Origin: Ostrea edulis
Lineage: Eukaryota
NCBI RefSeq assembly: GCF_947568905.1
Contig: NC_079170.1
Location: 74,400,001 to 74,464,000, forward strand
DNA length: 64,000 nucleotides
Direction of reading: 5' to 3'
The position numbers and the translations under genes were made by a program. Shown here piece by piece: positions 23,839 through 36,358 of the stretch (its first letter is position 1; each line of letters begins with the position of its first letter). A model generated the notes under the pieces. The model was not told the origin of the DNA and ran no database searches. It saw only the letters and a program-made list of their open reading frames with translations.

Positions 23839-26800
23839 ATGGGCGATTTTACAGCCAGGAATGCTATTTTCTTGCTCTGCTTTGTTGCTTTCACCTCAGC
23901 AGGTATGGTGTTTTGTTTTTTTTTGTTTGTCAAAATCAAATAATCAAAACTCATCAACTATTGCATTATGAAATTATCATTTCTCATATCATTCTGAATG
24001 TTGTATTCTTTATATGAATATATACATATTGATCACTGGTCGATAATTTCACCTTTTTATCATTCTTTGATTGTATTAAAATTGGATAAACAAATATTAT
24101 CAAATATTGCATGATGAAATTCTTATTCATTACGTCATTTTTTCTTTGACAATTTAATATTGCATATATTCAATGATTTTAAGCTTAGATCATTAAGAAA
24201 ATGTGTTATAGAGTTCCTCATCGACAATATCGTCCTGGTCTTTGGTGATCAGGTCTTCAAACAGTCTGTTGAAAGTCTCATGGGCACGATTTGTGCTCAT
24301 TCGTTAGCTGACCTGTTTCTGTAGTGATATGAGACAACATTCATTCAAAAATTCCTATGTGAGAAGAAAAAGTTTCATGTTGTGGCCTTCAATTTGACAT
24401 TTAAATATATTGTCGATGTTTTATCTTTTACATGTAACAATGGCTAAATATCCATCCATATCTCGATTCGATATTATATCCCTGTGAACTAGAAATAAAA
24501 AAAAACTGAGTCGTTTATTTCTGCTTCATACTTAGATGTGTTATCACTGAAGAGACATTATTTGTCGAAATGCGCATCTGGTGCATCAAAATTTGTACCG
24601 TATAAGTTTTATATTATGACCCCTGTGTCGAGGCCACTGCTGGTGGACTGTTAGTCCCCGACGGTCTCTACAGCCCAGCAGCTAAGTACTTCGTTACTAG
24701 CTTGAAAATACAGATGTATATATAATTGCTGTTATAAAATTTAGAAATTCATTTCAAAATTAAGGATTATCTCCCTCACGCATAACTCTTATCCTTCGAC
24801 GAATTTAACTCCACTTTTTTTGTACACTGTTTTCCCCTATAATAGCTCTAAAACTTCATTGTTATTTCGGATTTCAAACATTTCGGTTGAGCATCACTGA
24901 AGAGACATTGTTTGTCGAAATGCGCATCTGGTGTATCGAAATTGGTACTGTATAAGTGTTATATTGAAAATAGATTTTAACGGCAAACTAGCGACTCAAC
25001 TTTATGTTGAACACTATTGTTTCAAACTCTCTATCGTCAACTTCCCATATTCATGTAGCGATATTCCTTTATCACCTGCATATGATGTTTATATCTCTCA
25101 ATTTATTCAATACACAATAGCTTGTTCTGCATATGATCAGTTTTTAAATCGAAGCAGGTTAATGACATACAGGTTGATGGTGCAGAGGTTTCCAGAGTCT
25201 CGTTTAAAGTTAGTATTTTGCAAATGTTATAGTCGCTATAGCAATCTAGTTTGTCTTTAAAACCTACCATTGGGTTAAATGCTGTTTGACGTGTTTCATA
25301 CAGATTGCTAGGCCATTCTTTGCACACTATTGTTACCGACATAGATTTCCGTTTACCTGATCAATGTATTGGGCTCATGCCGGGTATAACCGGTCGATAG
25401 GGATATTTACTCCTCATAGGCACCTGATCCCGTCTCTTTTATGTCCAGGGGCCGTGTTTGTCCAACTCTCTATTTTGTATTGCTTATAGGAATTATGGGA
25501 TTGATCGCTTCGTTATCATCGCCTCCCTTAAGCGTTCCGAAAATCCTTTAATCGTTATAATGATCTTATTTGCAAATAAAACCTGTCATTAGGTTGAGTG
25601 TTGCTTCTTTGTGTTTCATATCAATTATTGAGCTATTCTATACATTTTTATTTTGACTTAAATTTCCTCCATTTATCAAGACATCAAGACAATAGGTCAA
25701 CAGGCATTCCTCCTAGGCACTTTATTCCCCAACTGATGTTTACAGGGTTCTTTTCCCCCTACCCAACATCTGAAAGATAGTGCAATCATCCGCGGGGATG
25801 TAACTAAATTTACAAGATTCATAAATTTAGAAAGTGATTTTTTCCAGAAATGAGTACGCACATGATCTGGTAAACACTCATAGCTAAAGATAAACTGATG
25901 GTATCCTTACGATTTAAATTGGGATTAAAAAGCGATGATATACTGTTTAATGCCTAGATTTCCCTTTAAGGTATTCCATGTATAATGAAAGGATAATGAA
26001 CAATTTTAAAAGATTTAGATCAACAGAAAAGTTTATTGTTAAATAATGATGAAAATGAAGCTGATGAAATTCACAAGACTGAAAAATGATTAGAAGATGA
26101 CCTTTTTGCACTAAAGACATTTTGGAAGACTTGTCTGCCCTTTGTAACAATAAGACAAATCTAATTTTCTAAAAATGTGTGTGCTCAATGATTGATTTTA
26201 TTTCATATAATTTCATGAAAAGAAAGTAACACTTTACCAAGAGATAATTATCAAAAACATAATTTGTGTTTAAAATATTGTAATAAAACATGCTTTCCCC
26301 GTATACTTCAATGTTAAATTCTAGGTGAAATAAATCAGGCAGTAAACAAAATTTTGAAAATGCCTATGGTGGATTATTTTTATTTGATGAACCCTTCAAA
26401 ATGATACCATGATTACAAATATTCCACCTTCCATTTATTAGGTATGAAATATGGTCATTATACATTGAATACCTTAATACTACGTACAACATTGTCCATT
26501 AACCCCTTTAAACTGTCGGAATTATTTACAAGTGACCTTAGTATATTCCGTCGCTCCTATTGGGAATAACTATGTGGTATCGTTTTTCTATATGATATGT
26601 AAGTATGCGATATCAAATACTTTCAACGAAAAATTCTTACATTCCCGTTGTGCTATTTGGTTGTAAAGGCATACGTATAACCAACGTGATGGATATATTT
26701 GAATTAACCACAAATATATACCTACAAAATTAAGCTTCATGTATCGTATTTTTCTGTGTATTAATTGTTGTGTGTTTTTCATTAGCAAAATTACGATATT

Positions 26801-29550
26801 ACTATAAAAATATACAAATGGTATTTATTAAGTTTTTGGATGTAATTCTATATATATATGATGAATGACTCTTATTATACATTTTATTTAGTGAAATGGC
26901 CAAGGGGAACATATACTTTGGTCAAGCCAAAGACCGGATGTCCTCGTGGGTGGCTGGAGGGATGGAGATGGCAGGACAATGAGGACAAAAATAACAAAAA
27001 CCAAATCGAAGACGGACACCACTTCTTTGGTAAACAGTCACACGACTTCTGAATAAGAACTACAATACTCATGTACACATATAATTTCTCAAAACAGTGT
27101 TTCCCCTCAAATATCGTGACAACGAGCAAGCGTCATGTTTTCAAATTCATCAGCAATATATTACACGAAATGCTAGTGGTAGCGATATTGTGCACGTTTC
27201 TATTCAATGAAGAACCATGTGTGGCTCCGGGTTAGAACATGGATGGAAATTCTCAATTGAAAAGGGTTTGGTTCATCCTTTCTGAGCTCTAGTCATTTGA
27301 AATTGATGATATCAAATATATATTATGCTATGAACGCCTATAAGGAAGGATACTAATTTGTATATGTAGAACACTGGTGAAGATTAGGTTTGAATAGCGA
27401 TGAAGGTGGCAAACATTGCGTACACAGGTTCTGCTTATTTTCTGTAAGGTTTGTGACATTCATATTCCAATAATAACAACAAAGCAAACATATTTAATTG
27501 TTTCTATTGTTCTTTATTTTTTACTACAAATAATGTAGAGTGCATACGAAAAAGATATTTTTGTTCTGTAAGTTATTTCAACGAAACCACTGGGATTCAC
27601 CTCTCTTTGACTTGCCTTTACATTTGGTAATGCTTTACACACTTAAACGATGGTAAACGCAAATAGCCCAAAGTAATCTTAACCTTTTCATGCTAGGTTA
27701 CCAAAGATATATAACTGAATATGATGTACGCTATAATTGCGCACACCTCTGGTGCGTCCAGTGATTTCATGTTTGTACGAATCTTTATTTTGTATTGCTA
27801 TAGGAGTTATGAGATTGATCATTGTTCGTTATCTTCACCTTGCATATGCATGTACATTTATGACATCGTTTGATATCTAGATCATTTGAATATTAAATAC
27901 ATCACTTAACTGTCGCTTATGCGAAACTAAATATGATAATCCTATCTAAATTACATCAATGTAATGCAGAATTTTTAAGGTTGCAAATTATTCTGTTTGT
28001 CCAGGCATCAGTGGAAACAATCCTAGGAATCTGAATTTCTCTTACTGCACAAAGGACCCCAATGATTTTAATGACGAGGGATATTGGCCCAGTGGGAACT
28101 ACTGTATTCTGAAGCATGGAAAGACTTGTCCTCCTGGAGGTAATTGCAGATGGTATATTTATCATCATTCAAAATGTTTTATCACATGTCTTCCCCAAAT
28201 ATAAATTACTTTCTGTACATATTGAAGGTGATTTCGTTTCTTGTCATTGGTTGTAATTACTGTTTTCTCCATTCAATATCTGTCCGATGTCAATTGATGA
28301 ATGAAGCGACTCATGTTATACGATCTCATCCAATTTGGTGCATTTTGCGATTTATAACACATGATGTATCTTAATGCTTTGATCAAGAAATACCTCCAGT
28401 AAAATATATTTCATAATGAAACATCCAAATTTGTTAATACTTGATGTACCATTATTTCTCCAAGATCATAAACTGACAATAGACTTAAGTCAAAATTATA
28501 ATTAGTTGTATACTGTAGGTTTATCAAAAATTCAAATGCAAACATATACTGAAAATATTATTTGTTCATTAAAAGTATTGAAAAAGATAGCTGGATTTGA
28601 AATTAAAGCTTAAGAATATTCTCAGTTTTTGGTGTTGAGGTCAGATATCACCTCCTGTATTTCAAGAAGTTCGTGTTTGCCCAACTCTTTTGTTTCTATT
28701 CCGTATAAGAGTTGTAAATATGTATGATATTGATTACTGCTCCTTATCTTCGCCCTTCACTGAGGAGTACTCCTAATATATCAATATATGTTATGAATCT
28801 ACACAACATCCGGTGTTTAATTCAAGCTTTCCAAAGTGGAACCGTTCATTGGGATGACGAAGACTCTAGAAATAAAAACAGTGCAGGGGGAGAATTGCCT
28901 AGTGGGAAGTTTGGTAGGAATACAGAAATCGACTACTGCTGCAGGTAGTTCTTGAAATATATAGAAAAAGAAAATGAAATGTTGTCATATGCATGGTTTT
29001 ATTTACAAATTGAAATGTAAGCACGGTTACAGCAGAATTTAAGAGAAATGGTCAGATACTTAATAATATGTATCATGTGCACATAATGCATTGGCTCATT
29101 GATACTGTGCTGAAGTTTATTGATAAACGGACTATTATTTTGAAACTCTTATATTTAGCGTCCGTCAATCACAACCGAATTGTGTAATACGCCAAAATGT
29201 CGATATAAAATGTATGTATACATTTCTGTAGTGTATAAACCTATCACAAACAGACTTTCATAAGCTTAACACATTTTTTACATTTTGTTTACGAGTAACA
29301 TATACTGTATTTTAGAAAAGACGGCCCCTACTCTACAGAAATCAGACTTCCAAAATCTAAACCGTTTTATTTGTTGAGACATACCACATACTGTCAAAGG
29401 GTCAGGGGAATGTACGCGAGAGAAGAAACCGTGTTTACAGATGACGAGGACAAGAACAACAAAAATAGCGTGTCCGGAAGTCACCCATACGGACCAAGTA
29501 ATGGAGGAAGGAACTACAAGCTTTTCTATTGTTACTATTGGTCATTGTAA
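23839..29550 (+). CDS. ApeC (apextrin C-terminal) domain secreted protein, paralogue A, 229 aa; coding exons 23839-23902, 26892-27029, 28005-28139, 28827-28944, 29316-29550
   Basis: All introns are GT-AG with compatible phases (1,1,1,2), giving 690 nt in frame. Signal peptide MGDFTARNAIFLLCFVAFTSA; mature VKWPRGTYTLVKPKTGCP...QDNEDK...YCTKDP...WPSGNYCILK...CP...WDDEDS...YCCR...PFYLLR...CQ...TDDEDK...FYCYYWSL*. 8 Cys and three DxED motifs match the known ApeC signature. Confidence 0.92.
24542..24589 (+). ncRNA. Type I minimal hammerhead ribozyme (predicted cleavage after C24578)
   Basis: TATCA-CTGAAGA-GACA ttatt TGTC-GAA-ATGCGCAT-C-TGGTG: intact core, 4-bp stem II, palindromic stem III, AUC triplet, 5-bp stem I. 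Confidence 0.8.
24545..24964 (+). mobile_element. Hammerhead tandem repeat (non-LTR retrozyme / PLE pLTR type), 350-bp period
   Basis: Two hammerhead cores at 24547 and 24897. The insertion splits a Naiad RT fragment, with GTGTTAT at 24538-24544 and 24956-24962. Confidence 0.88.
24887..24939 (+). ncRNA. Type I minimal hammerhead ribozyme (predicted cleavage after C24928)
   Basis: TTGAGCATCA-CTGAAGA-GACA ttgtt TGTC-GAA-ATGCGCAT-C-TGGTGTATCGA: intact core, 10-bp bulged stem I. Confidence 0.85.
27745..27846 (+). mobile_element. Naiad-type 3' tip in gene A intron 2
   Basis: CACCTCTGGTG...ATAGGAGTTATGAGATTGATCATTGTTCGTTATCTTCACCTTGCAT. Confidence 0.75.
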
Positions 29551-29774
29551 TAAAGCACTGCATCATGATTGTCATAGTTCTATAACGGAATTCTGTATAA
29601 AGTCTAATATAAATTTAAAAACGAAGTATCAGCAATGTTAATATTGTAATAAAAGAGCAAATATATCTGACCTTAATCTTCCTGAATCTGTTTTGGTTTT
29701 CTCTAAAAGTGTTGGTATCGTTTTGAAACGAGAATGGATGTGCAATAGTTTACAATGTCAATTGTTCTCTGTCA

Positions 29775-29956
29775 TGAAAGGTGACGATAACGAATAGTGA
29801 TATCAATTTCATAATTCCTATAAGCAATACAATATAGAACGTTGGGCAAACACGGACCCCTGGACACACCAGAGGTGGGATCAGGTGCATAGGAGAAGAA
29901 AGCATCCCCTGTCAACCGCTTATATCCGCCGTGAACCCTATATCATGATCAGGTAA
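29775..29956 (-). mobile_element. Naiad-type 3'UTR downstream of gene A
   Basis: Reverse complement match to the family UTR. Confidence 0.78.
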
Positions 29957-30917
29957 TCTAGACAAGTTGGTTATCGAGTTTAAGACTATGTGCTTTCTTA
30001 TTGGATTTCGATGGTATAGTTCATTAATGTATTTAATAACAGCTCTAGTGCTGTCTTCTGTGATAAATTAACTGATTAAGATTATCATGGCTGGTATGAA
30101 TTCTCCATCTCCAGTACACGGATCATTATATCACTTGACATAGAGAAATATGTGAAGCACCAATCAGAAAATAACGAATAGAAAGACAGTGACTGCCTTC
30201 ATATACATTCACAGAAATGTTGTGATATGACAATATAGCTTACAATAATAAACACAAAATTTGATAAAGACTTATCAATTCAACGGTACATTGTATACAT
30301 GTAGGGGAAGAGCTTATTCCTTGCGACTTACCAACTTCCAATGCAATTAATAATCATAATATATTGTTTATATGATATGGTAAGTTGTTAGATTTATGTT
30401 ACGCACGTGATACTGTAAACTGGATGCAATCCATAGTGATATATATCGTATATTAACCAAAGCAAAACTACAATGTTTAATTTTTCTAATGAGCAGCATT
30501 GGGAAGTATATCACAGTGATTAAAACTTGAAATATCTACATATCGTAAACAAAACCTTTGTCATTTCTTAAACAACCTTAGCGTCGCATGCCTTGATCAA
30601 CGGGTATATAACAGCATATGGAATTCGCAAAACATTAGTGACTATGTGCGAAGGGATTAAAGTGATTGCAACAGTAAATGCTGTTGAACACCCATACCGT
30701 TGAATCTGCATTTTATCAACATTATTACCATTTTTATGTCCCGTGTACTATGTCCTAAAGTATGCTCATATGAAGTGTAATCTTTATGTCATTACATGCA
30801 GCTGTCCCTATGCTGGTTCAACTTGTGTTATGTTAGCCATGTATGATGATAGTCGTATAAATATGCCTCTGTTGTGTGTTCTGTCAGTGACATCAACGGA
30901 ATACCCCTAGGACATGG

Positions 30918-33198
30918 CTGCCGTAACACTGCTGTTTAGTCTATCGGGCAGACTGTTGTAACACTGTTTAGTCTATCGGACAGACTACTGTAATACTGTT
31001 GTTTAGTCTATCGGACAGACTGTTGTAACACTGCTGTTTGGTCTATCGGACAGACTGTTAACAATGCTGTTTAGTCTATCGGACAGACTGCTGTAATACT
31101 ACTGTTTAGTCTATCGGACAGACTGTTGTAACACTACTGTTTAGTCTATCGGACAGACTGTTAACAATGCTGTTTAGTCTATCGGACAGACTGTTGTAAC
31201 TCTGCTGTTTATTCTATCGGACAGACTACAGTAATAATGTTGTTTCGTCTATCGGACAGACTGTTGTAACACTGCTGTTTATTCTATCGGACAGACTGCT
31301 GTAATACTGATGTTTAGTATATCGGACAGACTGCTGTAACACTGCTGTTTAGTCAATCGGAGAGACTGTCGTAACACTGCTGTTTAGTCTATCGGACAAA
31401 CTACGATAATATTGTTGTTTAGTCTATCGGGTAGACTGGTGTAATACTGCTGTTTAGTCTATCGGACAAACTGTTGTAACACTGTTGTTTAGTCTATCGG
31501 ACAGACTGTTGTAATACTGTTGTTTAGTCTATCGGATAGACTGCTGTAACACTGCTGTTTGGTCTATCGGACAGACTGTTGTAACACTGCTGTTTAGTTT
31601 ATCGGACAGACTGTTGTAACGCTGCTGTTTAGTCTATTGGACAGACTACTGTAATACTGTTGATTAGTCTATCGGACAGACTGTTGTAACACTGCTGTTT
31701 AATCTATCGGACAGACTGTTGTAACGCTGATGTTTAGTCTATCGGACAAACTACTGTAATACTGTTGTTTAGTCTATCGGGCAGACTGTTGTAACACTGC
31801 TGTTTAATCTATCGGACAGACTGTTGTAACACTGTTGTTTAGTCTATCGGACAGACTGCTGTAATACTGCTATTTAGTTCTATCGGACAGACAATTGTAA
31901 CTCTGCTGTTTAGTCTATCAGACAAACTGCTGTAAAACTGCTGTTTAGTCTATCGGACAGACTGTTGTAACGCTGCTGTTTAGTCTACCAGACATACTAC
32001 TGTAACACTGCTGTTTAGTCTATCGGACAGACTGTTGTAACACTGCTGTTTAGTTTATCAGACAGACTGTTGTAACGTTGCTGTTTAGTTTATCAGACAG
32101 ACTGTTGTAACTCTGCTGTTTAGTTTATCGGACAGACTGCTGTAACACTGCTGTTTAGTTCATCAGACAGACTGTTGTAACGCTGCTGTTTACTCTATCG
32201 GACAGACTACTGTAATACTGTTGTTTAGTCTATCGGACAAACTGCTGTAACACTGCTATTTAGTTCTATCGGACAGACAATTGTAACTCTGCTGTTTAAT
32301 CCATCGGATATAGTGTTGTGACACTGCTGATTAGTCTATCGGACAGACAATTGTAACATTGCTGTTTAGCCTATCGGACAGACTGTTGTAACACTGCTGA
32401 TTAGTCTATCGGACAGACTGCTGTAATACTGTTGTTTGGTCTATCGGACAGACTGTTGTAACACTGCTGTTTAGCCTATCGGACAGACTGTTGTAACACT
32501 GTTGTTTAGTCTATCGGACAGACAATTGTAACACTGCTGTTTAGTCTATCGGACAGACTGCTGTAACACTACTGTTTAGTCTATCTGAAAGACTGCTGTA
32601 ACACTGCTGCTTAGTCTATCGGACACACTGTTGTAACACTGCTGTTTAATCTATCGGACAGACTGCTGTAACACTGCTGTTTAGTATATCAGACAGACTG
32701 TTGTAACGCTGCTGTTTACTCTATCGGACAGACTACTGTAATACTGTTGTTTAGTCTATCGGACAAACTGCTGTAATACTGCTATTTAGTTCTATCGGAC
32801 AGACAATTGTAACTCTGCTGTTTAATCTATCGGATATAGTGTTGTGACACTTCTGATTAGTCTATCGGACAGACAATTGTAACACTGCTGTTTAGCCTAT
32901 CGGACAGACTGTTGTAACACTGCTGATTAGTCTATCGGACAGACTGCTGTAATACTGTTGTTTGGTCTATCGGACAGACTGTTGTAACACTGCTGTTTAG
33001 CCTATCGGACTGACTGTTGTAACACTGTTGTTTAGTCTATCGGACAGACAATTGTAGCACTGCTGTTTAGTCTATCGGACAGACTGCTGTAACACTGCTG
33101 TTTAGTCTATCTGACAGACTGCTGTAACACTGCTGCTTAGTCTATCGGACAGACTACTGTAATACTGCTGTTTATCTATCGGAGAGACTGTTGTAACA
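30918..33198. repeat. Minisatellite, 35-bp unit TGTTTAGTCTATCGGACAGACTGTTGTAACACTGC, about 65 copies
   Basis: Direct tandem repeats with point variants; variant blocks recur at 526-bp spacing. Confidence 0.97.
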
Positions 33199-33253
33199 GT
33201 AATTTGAATACCTTCAATAGTTGTTTCTTCTTCTTTTTTCACAATTAAAACAG

Positions 33254-34148
33254 TAGGACTGTAACGGCTAACCGACAAATTGACCTTAGTAAAACAAATT
33301 CAGTTCATTTCGTATTTTCCGGATCTCAGTAAGGTTGTGTTTACAGTTTATAACATGCCCTTTTCTTTTATATACGTGCCACATGTATGCTTGTTTCGAT
33401 ATGTTTATTAATGATTTTTCTAACCAATGACAGTCCAAGTAACATTGGTAGGTAAAAGTAAAACAAAACATGATGACATGTGCAAAGAAATTGCAAGGGT
33501 GGGGATACTTTAATTTTCTAAGAAAGGGGGAATCTAAGTTTTTAACAAAGCATCCACGGTCTGCATAATCTTTAAGAGCGAATGATATCATGCAATGAGA
33601 TTGAGGTAGCTCAGTGGTAGAGCGTCCGTTCGCTTTGGGAGGTCGTATTTTCGAGCTCCACTAAAACCTAAGACATAATGATAGATGGTGATTGCTCCTT
33701 CGCTAAGCGTTCGGCATTTAAAAGAGTCAAGGATCTTTCAGATATGATCTTGAGGTTCCGTGTCGCAGCAAGTGTTTGCACGTTTAAAACCCCTTACTAC
33801 TACGACTGTAAGTGTCATGCATAGGTCTAAATTTACAGCACCATACCTAGAGCTTAGAGTCCATTAAAAAGTAATCGAGAGCTAAATCAATGTTGCCTGT
33901 TGTTTTGTACATAATGTCGTCTGTAAATAAATATTTCTTACTTTTGTTGTCTAATAAAATGCAATAGAAAATAATCGTTAAATTTATAAAGAAAAAAATA
34001 CTCTAGGGTCTTCGTTATTTTTGGATTCAATGAATTATTTTGTTATACAAAATAAAACCGAACTGGAATAAAAACGAATACCGGATCCCGGAGTTTTGTT
34101 TTCCGAACCGAACCGAACCCCCAAAATACCTGAACCATGACAGTCCTA
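33254..34148. mobile_element. hAT-like non-autonomous element, 895 bp
   Basis: TIR TAGGACTGTAACGG / CCATGACAGTCCTA (12/14 match); flanks TAAAACAG and TAAAACGA (6/8, a decayed 8-bp TSD). Confidence 0.55.
33603..33842 (+). mobile_element. tRNA-derived SINE nested in the hAT-like element
   Basis: A box TAGCTCAGTGG 33607-33617 and degenerate B box TTTCGAGCTCC; the body shares CCGTGTCGCAGCA..GTGT..GCACG and ATAGGTCTAAATTT with other SINEs here. Confidence 0.7.
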
Positions 34149-34915
34149 TAAAACGATGAATGAACAATTTTGTATCCTTATACTTGTTTGATCACGTTTT
34201 GCTTTTCAAAAACTTTTTTGCATCAATAAGCTAATTGGAATGTTGATTGGAATTATTTGGATATTTTAGTGATCTGTAGATATCTTGTATATTCCATGCA
34301 AAATATTCCATGCTATCGATCTTATATATTCCACGCAGATGCATGTTAATCCGGATATTTGAAATTAACAACTGATTTTACTGGGGCATTAAAAACATGA
34401 CAAAAGAGGTGGTTTTATTGTTCTCAAAGATCCATGTGTAATATGCAAATTGTTTTCTGTAGGTTTCGGAGACAATTACTAATACTAAAAATAAATATCA
34501 TGTTCAAAATAGCTGGACATATGTACTAAGCAAATAAATGGACTGGCATTCTACGTATGTAATACCTGACTAGATGACACCTCGATCAAAATACTAGGAA
34601 TTGGTTTGGTATTCTTCGTCAATTGAAAAAGCATAGCGAACAAACATGTACATTGATATATATATATATACATACAATGCGGCTTGCCATTGTCACATCC
34701 ACTGCTCTCCATTTTAGTTCGATCCCGACAGATAGTTAGTCATTGTTCATTTATTTTATCTATCTACTCAATAAATTAACCTACATTGTATTCCTTTATT
34801 GATTTGATCAGTGATTGGATTGCTACTATTTTAGCATCACACTTTTTTATTTAATGTCAGTTTGATGTCTGTACTTACATGAACCATCGCCACCATCCTC
34901 ATACTCACCACTCCC

Positions 34916-35183
34916 CTCGGGATTCAGGTTAGAATAGGTCTGGAGCACCATTTGCTTGTCGTAACTGGCAATTGAGTGGGACGGTCATTCGGATTAGACC
35001 CCCCAAACCAAGGTCTCGTGTCACAGCCGATATTGCACGAAATGGATTCTTCCCTTCTCAATGCCCATAAGCGCTGAACATAGGCCTAAACATTGCAGTC
35101 CTTCCTTCACCGGCAATGGTGACGTCTCCATATGATTGTAAGATTCCCTAGAGGGACGTTAAACAATATACAATCAAACAATT
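34916..35183 (+). mobile_element. SINE body (Meta-domain-like)
   Basis: CATTTGCTTGTCGTAA...GGGACGGTC...GGTCTCGTGTCACAGC...ATAGGCCTAAA...GGTGACGTCTCCATATGA...GAGGGACGTTAAACAATATACAATC; same family as 39423 and 63430. Confidence 0.65.
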
Positions 35184-36237
35184 ATACCCTCCAACCGCCC
35201 CGGGATATGTTTTCTTCTAGCTGACAAGAAGTGTTTTATTTCACCTCGGGTGTGACCGGTTAAAAGGGGTGTTTACTCCGTCTAGGCTCTTGACCCCACC
35301 TCTGATATGTCAAGGGATCCGTGGTTGTCCTCTTAATATTGATTTTTTTTATAGGAGCCATGAGAATATTTATTTGTTCTCTGCACTTGTTCATCTGTAA
35401 TTTTTCCAATCTCTGTCTTTGACGATAGGCTAATTGTTATTCAGTTGAATGTGCTCTGAAATATACAAGATGAACATATGCCCACTTTACATCACTGTAA
35501 ATAAAAACGATATACATTATAGCTGTTAATATATAATTCTATTAACCATATCATTTCTAAAAAATATCAAAATAGTTCAGTTTTGAAATATTACTTAATA
35601 CAGTATTTGTAAATAGATTTGGTTACATAACTTCAGAGCATAATGTTGATGATTCATAACTTGATATTTGAAATAGATTTAATAGAATTTGAATATGTAT
35701 CACTTGATCTTTAAAAGTCCCGTGGTTCCATCCATTGTCACGAAAATCAAATTATTGGATTTCTGGAAAAAAACATACTTTGTAAATGCACTATTATGAG
35801 TTTGATCACTGTTCGTTATCTTCACCTTTCACCATGTATATTTTTATTGAGATTCACATTTCTTTTTGTTATTAAACAATTTGAATTGATCACTTAATTT
35901 TACGGTTTGGGAAAACCAAGAAAAATGATATTAACAGAAAATTATAAATGTGATGCAATCTAAGAAATCTAAGAATATTGATCCAGTAAATATATTCTTA
36001 CTCCACTATCAAGAGATCGCAATAAAGAAATGGTGATGACATGTTGACAGACAGTTATGCAGAACTAAGTTTGGAATGTATTGTGGTATGATGTTTTTAA
36101 ATGTGAGTATATATAGATAATGTAAGCTTTGTCTGATTTGATGAATTACACATGAAAATAGGAAATGGTCAGAATAAATTGACGAAATAAATAACCATTT
36201 TACGGACAGAAATAGAACAGACGTATAGCACATACCT

Positions 36238-36276
36238 TATAAAAGACACAGAATACTTTTCCTCTTTACTCAGATT
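36238..36276 (+). promoter_or_regulatory. Putative core promoter of ApeC B
   Basis: TATAAAAG 36238-36245 and TCAGATT at 36270, i.e. 32 nt spacing versus 31 nt in A. No ATG between here and the start codon at 36359. Confidence 0.5.
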
Positions 36277-36358
36277 CTATTGAAATCAACGAGGCTTCAT
36301 ACGAATTGAATCTTTGTAATTACAACTATCGTTTCCAAAGATTATCATTATATTTAAG

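Larger units (their letters stand above)
24205..25525 (+). mobile_element. Penelope-like (Naiad-type) RT 3' fragment in gene A intron 1, interrupted by a hammerhead repeat
   Basis: Decayed EFLIDNI..FGDQVF...ADLFL...F.YI.DVLS...YP.ELEI...SASYLD | KIDFNGKL.TQLY...NFP...SPAY.VYISQ.I.Y, followed by the family 3'UTR. Confidence 0.85.

Noticed and set aside
606-33198. The two short-unit arrays (606-1813, 30918-33198) as CRISPR arrays
   Set aside because: Units are contiguous with no unique spacers, no cas genes are present, and the context is eukaryotic with spliced genes.
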